Shown here: positions 44,823-48,607 of the stretch, in pieces | Position numbering within the stretch: position 1 is the stretch's first letter | Layout: each line of letters opens with the position of its first letter | Source: Candidatus Woesearchaeota archaeon | GTDB lineage: Archaea; Nanobdellota; Nanobdellia; Woesearchaeales; WJKV01 | Assembly (NCBI GenBank): GCA_019323495.1 | Contig: JAHWHE010000027.1 | Span: 1-48,607, forward strand | Length of the DNA stretch: 48,607 nt | Direction of reading: 5' to 3' | Position numbers and translations under genes: made by a program | The notes under the pieces: generated by a model | The model's database searches: none | Seen by the model: only the letters and a program-made list of their open reading frames with translations | Told to the model about the DNA's origin: nothing

Positions 44823-45383
44823 TTACCAATGCAGCTTCGAAGTAAATATCCTCGTTCTTGGATGCGACAAAATCTTCTTCATTAATTTGTCTTTTCCGTC
44901 TAGATATAATGTATCTGCTTTCTGCCATTTGCTTTTCTGAATCTTGCCACCAGGCATTCTTTTGTAGAATCTCTTTACAAAAGTTTTGGTAATCTTGAAA
45001 CCGCATTTAGCGTAGAAAGGGGCATTCTTCGGACTACAAAAACCAATCCCTGTCTGTTTTGTTCTTTTCAGATATTTATGGATAGCCTGCATCACTATCT
45101 TTCCATAACCCTTTCTTTGTTTGACAGAAACAATGTCTCCGATCCCCAATATTTTATAGTCTTTTCCAAGGAACTCGAAAGTTATATGATGCAATCGTCC
45201 TATAGAAATTATCTTGTTGTTGGAATCGCGGACAATAAAGAAGATGTCGTCTGCAAACTTTTCACGATTTCTTGCCGTCAAAGGTGTTTTAACCGGCCAT
45301 TCCTTTCGCCAGACATCAGTCACGCGTTTACAGGTTGGTGCAGGCAGATCCCGGCCTCTCTGTATTTTCACACTGGTTTTCAT
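44823..45383 (-). CDS. GNAT family N-acetyltransferase
   Basis: VKQRKGYGKIVMQAI (Q/RxxGxG acetyl-CoA site) and YAKCGF. ATG 45383 follows an AGAGGAA SD. The track start at 45401 is TTG. Confidence 0.8.
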   Translation of the reverse strand: MKTSVKIQRGRDLPAPTCKRVTDVWRKEWPVKTPLTARNREKFADDIFFIVRDSNNKIISIGRLHHITFEFLGKDYKILGIGDIVSVKQRKGYGKIVMQAIHKYLKRTKQTGIGFCSPKNAPFYAKCGFKITKTFVKRFYKRMPGGKIQKSKWQKADTLYLDGKDKLMKKILSHPRTRIFTSKLHW

Positions 45384-45438
45384 AATTTCCTCTTTTTGCA
45401 AGAATAATAAAATAAAAAAGAATAGTATAAATATCTTT

Positions 45439-45516
45439 CTAAAATCTTGCGCCGACTAATGTTATGGCTACAAAGATTAAAAATACTGCTATTGCGAAGA
45501 AGGTTTTCATTTTCAT
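45439..45516 (-). CDS. Candidate 25-aa hydrophobic micro-protein (not in the ORF track)
   Basis: The minus strand reads GGTGaattctATG and encodes MKMKTFFAIAVFLIFVAITLVGARF, then TAG. The SD overlaps the stop of the upstream acidic-protein gene. Confidence 0.35.
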   Translation of the reverse strand: MKMKTFFAIAVFLIFVAITLVGARF

Positions 45517-45521
45517 AGAAT

Positions 45522-46499
45522 TCACCTTAGGTCATTGCATTTGTTTCGTAGGGTTCTTAATTCGTCTCTCAAATCTTCAAGTCTTTTTTCAGCTTCGTCT
45601 AGGTCGTCCTGCGCATCGTCAACATCTTCAAGCGCTCTTTCCACTCTTAATTGCGCCCTGTCAATGTCTGTCTGCGTTCCGTTTATCCTGTAGTCTGCGA
45701 GTGTTGCTTCTGCTGCGCTCAGGCTGTCTTTTTCCCTCTGCAGGTCTTCCTGCGCATCGTCCTCATCTTCCTCTGCGTCATTTATGTCTTCGTCAAGCGA
45801 TTTGATCTGTATATCACAGATCTCTTTGTTTAGATTGGAATATCCTATTGTTTTTGAGGCATACAGCTCTTTCAGTTGCTGGCACCTGTCTTTTAATTTC
45901 CGTAGATTGTCTTTTGCATCATTTGTCGCGTCTTCTGCATCGTCAAGCTCATCTTCTGCATCTTCTGCATCTGTCTCAGCATTCCTGAGCCTGTCATTCA
46001 GTCTGTTGAGCTCTTCCTGCGTTGCATTGATAGCAGCGTCTATCTCGATTTTGATGGCATCAACCGCATCTTCTTCCCTTCCAAGTTTTCGTTCTGCGCT
46101 TTTCTCGTCTCTTTTTGCATCGTCAAGCTCATCTTCTGCAGATTGTATCATCGAATCGCAGTTCTCTACTGTCAAGCCTTCAAAATCAGATCCTAATGAG
46201 GAGTAATCTATAACAGTCTCTTCTTGTTCTTGCACTGGTTCTTCTTTTTCTTCTTCAACAGGAGCGTACAACTTCTCTAGTTCAGCAATAATCTGTTTTT
46301 CCAGTTTCTCGCTGTTCTGCTGCATCTCAAGCAGTTCTTGCTGAAACTGGTTGTCTTTTGGGGATTCCAGCTCTACAAAGCTGTCAAGATCAATGCTTGT
46401 TCGAGAATATTGTGCAACAAAAACAACAGCAATAACTGCCGCAGCTAGAATAACTATAGCAACTATGCCGAATATCAATTTTTGGTTATTATCAGTCAC
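45522..46499 (-). CDS. TM-anchored hyper-acidic coiled-coil protein with two Cys-bounded hairpin modules (paralog B)
   Basis: GTG start after GGGGGAG and an N-terminal TM segment. Four Cys delimit modules of 93 and 94 residues, with NAT and NGT at the midpoints. No family recognised. Confidence 0.8.
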   Translation of the reverse strand: MTDNNQKLIFGIVAIVILAAAVIAVVFVAQYSRTSIDLDSFVELESPKDNQFQQELLEMQQNSEKLEKQIIAELEKLYAPVEEEKEEPVQEQEETVIDYSSLGSDFEGLTVENCDSMIQSAEDELDDAKRDEKSAERKLGREEDAVDAIKIEIDAAINATQEELNRLNDRLRNAETDAEDAEDELDDAEDATNDAKDNLRKLKDRCQQLKELYASKTIGYSNLNKEICDIQIKSLDEDINDAEEDEDDAQEDLQREKDSLSAAEATLADYRINGTQTDIDRAQLRVERALEDVDDAQDDLDEAEKRLEDLRDELRTLRNKCNDLR

Positions 46500-46533
46500 T
46501 CTGCTCCCCCAAAATTAAGAAAAAAAAAGGAAA

Positions 46534-47601
46534 TTAATAAAGTCCGCTGCACTGCTGCTTGATTCTTCTAAGTTCTCTCTTAGCAACATCTACTGCGTCT
46601 TTTGCGTCGTCTTCGTCATCTTCTGCATCGTCTAGATCGTCTTCTGCGTCATCCAGGTCGTCTTCTGCATCGTCAATTGCGTCCTGTAGGTAATCAAGTT
46701 CAGATTGTGTAGCGTTTCTTGCCTGAGCTGCTGTATACGCAGCCTGCGCGGCAGTCAAATCATTTCGAGCTTCCTGAACATCATCTTTTTCATCGTCCAC
46801 ATCGTCTCCTGCATCATCTTCTGCGTCTTCTGCAGCGTCAACTGCATCTTCAGCAGCAGATATTGCAGCTGGGCATGTGTTCTTGTTCAGGTTCGAAAAG
46901 TCAACTGTTCCGCCGCTGTAAGCGGCTTTATTAGCGCATCTTCTTTTGATTTCCCTTTCTATGCGCTTAGCATCATCTTCATCGTCTTCTGCATCGTCAA
47001 CATCATCTTCTGCATCATCAACGTCATCTTCTGCATCGTCTACATCATCTTCTGCATCATCGATATTGTCCTGCAGCCTGTCTAGTTCAGATTGGGTTGC
47101 ATTGTTTAGTCTTGCAGTTGCCAATGCAGCTTCTGCCTGAGCTAGTTTGTCTCTTGCTTCTGTCAAATCTCTTTTCTCATCGCTCAGGTCATCCTTTGCG
47201 TCGTCTACATCATCTTCTGCATCATCTACTGCGTCTTCTGCAGCCGCTATAGCTGCGTCGCAGTTTGAAAGATCTTCTAATAGACCGTAATTATCAGTTG
47301 GCTGCTCTGTTTGCTCAGGTTGTTCAGCTTCCTGCTGTTCCTTAGCTTTTTCTTCTGCAGCTTTCTTTGCTGCGTCCAGCTTTATCTGCTCCAGCTGAGC
47401 TTTAAGAGCATCTTCCCGTGCCTGCAGTTCTGCCATTGCCTGCTGTCTTGCAAGCTCTTCAGCACTAGGTGTCTCGTCAATCAACTCGTCTTCTATCTCG
47501 CTCTGGTTCGCTAAAACGAAATATACTGCAACTGCTGCAGCTACCAGAACTACAATTATAACAATCGCCAATATTAGCTTTGTCTTCTTGTCTTTTTCCA
47601 T
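46534..47601 (-). CDS. TM-anchored hyper-acidic coiled-coil protein with two Cys-bounded hairpin modules (paralog A)
   Basis: ATG after GGGGGT and an N-terminal TM segment. Four Cys delimit two modules of 109 residues, each with NAT at residues 54-56. DDAEDDV heptad repeats. Confidence 0.8.
   Translation of the reverse strand: MEKDKKTKLILAIVIIVVLVAAAVAVYFVLANQSEIEDELIDETPSAEELARQQAMAELQAREDALKAQLEQIKLDAAKKAAEEKAKEQQEAEQPEQTEQPTDNYGLLEDLSNCDAAIAAAEDAVDDAEDDVDDAKDDLSDEKRDLTEARDKLAQAEAALATARLNNATQSELDRLQDNIDDAEDDVDDAEDDVDDAEDDVDDAEDDEDDAKRIEREIKRRCANKAAYSGGTVDFSNLNKNTCPAAISAAEDAVDAAEDAEDDAGDDVDDEKDDVQEARNDLTAAQAAYTAAQARNATQSELDYLQDAIDDAEDDLDDAEDDLDDAEDDEDDAKDAVDVAKRELRRIKQQCSGLY
46606..46668 (-). 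repeat. In-frame 21-bp tandem repeat, 3 units, encoding AEDD(L/E)DD heptads
   Basis: The units at 46606-46626, 46627-46647 and 46648-46668 share the gtcttctgc core. Confidence 0.8.
46981..47064 (-). repeat. In-frame 21-bp tandem repeat, 4 units, encoding DDAEDDV heptads
   Basis: The units are atcgtcttctgcatcgtcaac, atcatcttctgcatcatcaac, gtcatcttctgcatcgtctac and atcatcttctgcatcatcgat. Confidence 0.85.
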
Positions 47602-47721
47602 CTTAATAAACCCCCAAAAGCATTATCACTCTTGATTTTCACCCTATTTTAGGGCTATAAATTCCTGCTATTATTTAAATGTTACTATTTTCAAAGAGTG
47701 AATTTATTGCCTTACAGTACA

Positions 47722-47747
47722 GGCCTTAATTCGTACGAATTCGGGCC
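47722..47747. promoter_or_regulatory. Perfect 14-bp palindrome AATTCGTACGAATT flanked by GGCC arms, in a divergent intergenic region
   Basis: GGCCttAATTCGTACGAATTcgGGCC is followed by TTTTAG. It lies between the acidic-protein operon and the Zn-ribbon gene. Confidence 0.3.
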
Positions 47748-47785
47748 TTTTAGCCTACAGATGTGATGCTAATATTTTATATAAT

Positions 47786-47793
47786 TTTATATA
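47786..47793 (+). promoter_or_regulatory. Archaeal TATA box for the leaderless Zn-ribbon gene
   Basis: TTTATATA is centred about 27 nt upstream of ATG 47817. Confidence 0.5.
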
Positions 47794-47816
47794 TAAAGAC
47801 TGCTATTCTATTTGCC

Positions 47817-47996
47817 ATGAAAATGCCAGAAAAATCGAAAAGACAAGCTAGGAAAACCGCAACAATAATTAGGCGGTGTCCTGTCTGCAAGTCAACAGAT
47901 GTGATGTTCTACATGGGCGGCCAGTTCGGACAGTACAAATGCAAGAATTGCGGCTATGTGGGTGCCTTGGTTATAGAAGAAGAGATTGAGGACTGA
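47817..47996 (+). CDS. Small zinc-ribbon protein
   Basis: MKMPEKSKRQARK..CPVC...17 residues...CKNC (Cys4). The track start at 47763 is a GTG inside the promoter. Confidence 0.6.
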   Translation: MKMPEKSKRQARKTATIIRRCPVCKSTDVMFYMGGQFGQYKCKNCGYVGALVIEEEIED

Positions 47997-48073
47997 TTTT
48001 GTGCTTAATTCTCAGTTAAATTTATATACTACAAACCATTGTTTTTAAAGAACGTAGGATAGGTTGAGGATTG

Positions 48074-48607
48074 ATGTTAAAATCAGAGGTGAGAAAACAA
48101 TTAGTAATTCTTCTAGTAGTATTCATAGTCCTTTTTTTCAGCGCGATTTTCTTGATAGGCCATGAAAACCTGGGCATTACAGGCCTGGCAGTCACAGGCA
48201 CTCATTCAGTCGCAGTCAACAAGCAGTTTTCATCTAATTCATTTTTAGATTTGCAGTTATCAACAATCCCGAGTTCCATCAGCATTTCTGGCGCAGTCCA
48301 AGGTCAAGGAACAATAAAAGTTTATGCAAACGACGGCCAGTCACGTTCTTTAATTTTTGATAAGCAGGTCCTCAACCTACCTACGCAACTTACTGAAGAC
48401 GAATTGTTGGATCTCCAGCAATTCTCTTCGACCTGCTTAGATTCTTGTTCTCATGCTTTCGCAACAAATAACATCCGTCTTGAGATAGAAATCCAGGACG
48501 CAACACTCTTCATCGAAGACGTAATCTACAGCGAGTTCGCACAACAGCCGCAGCAACCTTTGCAGCTGCCAGAACCAGTTCCAGAACCAGAACCGCAGCC
48601 TGCACCA
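48074..48607 (+). CDS. TM-anchored surface protein, N-terminal part; the 3' end runs off the window
   Basis: ATG 48074 follows GAGG. N-terminal TM segment, then an ITGLAV motif. The frame stays open to the last base and ends in QQPQQPLQLPEPVPEPEPQPAP on a complete codon. Confidence 0.7.
   Translation, partial: MLKSEVRKQLVILLVVFIVLFFSAIFLIGHENLGITGLAVTGTHSVAVNKQFSSNSFLDLQLSTIPSSISISGAVQGQGTIKVYANDGQSRSLIFDKQVLNLPTQLTEDELLDLQQFSSTCLDSCSHAFATNNIRLEIEIQDATLFIEDVIYSEFAQQPQQPLQLPEPVPEPEPQPAP

Noticed and set aside
46600-47240. Regularly spaced short repeats that could be mistaken for a CRISPR-like array or a non-coding satellite.
   Set aside because: The period is 21 bp with no unique spacers. 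The repeats are in frame within a long ORF and encode DDAEDDV heptads. They are coding tandem repeats, not CRISPR.

Overview
The window is AT-rich and gene-dense, with about 58 protein genes. I recognised no rRNA, tRNA, CRISPR array, transposase or integrase. It looks archaeal. It encodes a class I (archaeal-type) CCA-adding enzyme, and many genes have a TTTATA(T/A)A box centred about 27 nt upstream of the ATG, which implies leaderless transcripts. Other genes use GGGGGTGA/GGAGG Shine-Dalgarno sites. Small proteins, many lipobox or TM-anchored surface proteins and bacterial-type enzymes suggest a small-genome (DPANN-like) archaeon, but that is inference. Recognisable content: a translationally coupled mutL / UDG-superfamily / mutS operon; archaeal cca; exonuclease III; a minimal MGMT-like protein; an ion-homeostasis cluster (MscS, CorA, CaCA exchanger, Na+/H+ antiporter); two MFS transporters and one ABC exporter; an M50 protease; two differently organised 2-oxoacid:ferredoxin oxidoreductase clusters, one next to an HdrD-like/FAD-oxidoreductase pair; class II fructose-bisphosphate aldolase; an orphan AmmeMemoRadiSam-type radical SAM enzyme; nitroreductase; GNAT; a glutaredoxin-like protein; DoxX. 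The most unusual items are listed here. (1) Two tandem paralogs encode TM-anchored, hyper-acidic proteins. Each has two Cys-bounded modules of 93-109 residues with an N-x-T sequon at the midpoint, followed by an unannotated 25-aa hydrophobic ORF. (2) An MtnA/e2b2-type isomerase operon is coupled to two proteins of unknown family. (3) The ORFs open at the two window edges join in frame through a Pro-Glu linker, which may indicate a circular molecule. (4) Long Lys-rich tails occur on a metabolic enzyme and on membrane proteins. (5) Several local paralog pairs have conserved leaders. All family calls come from motif recognition by eye. No database search was run.
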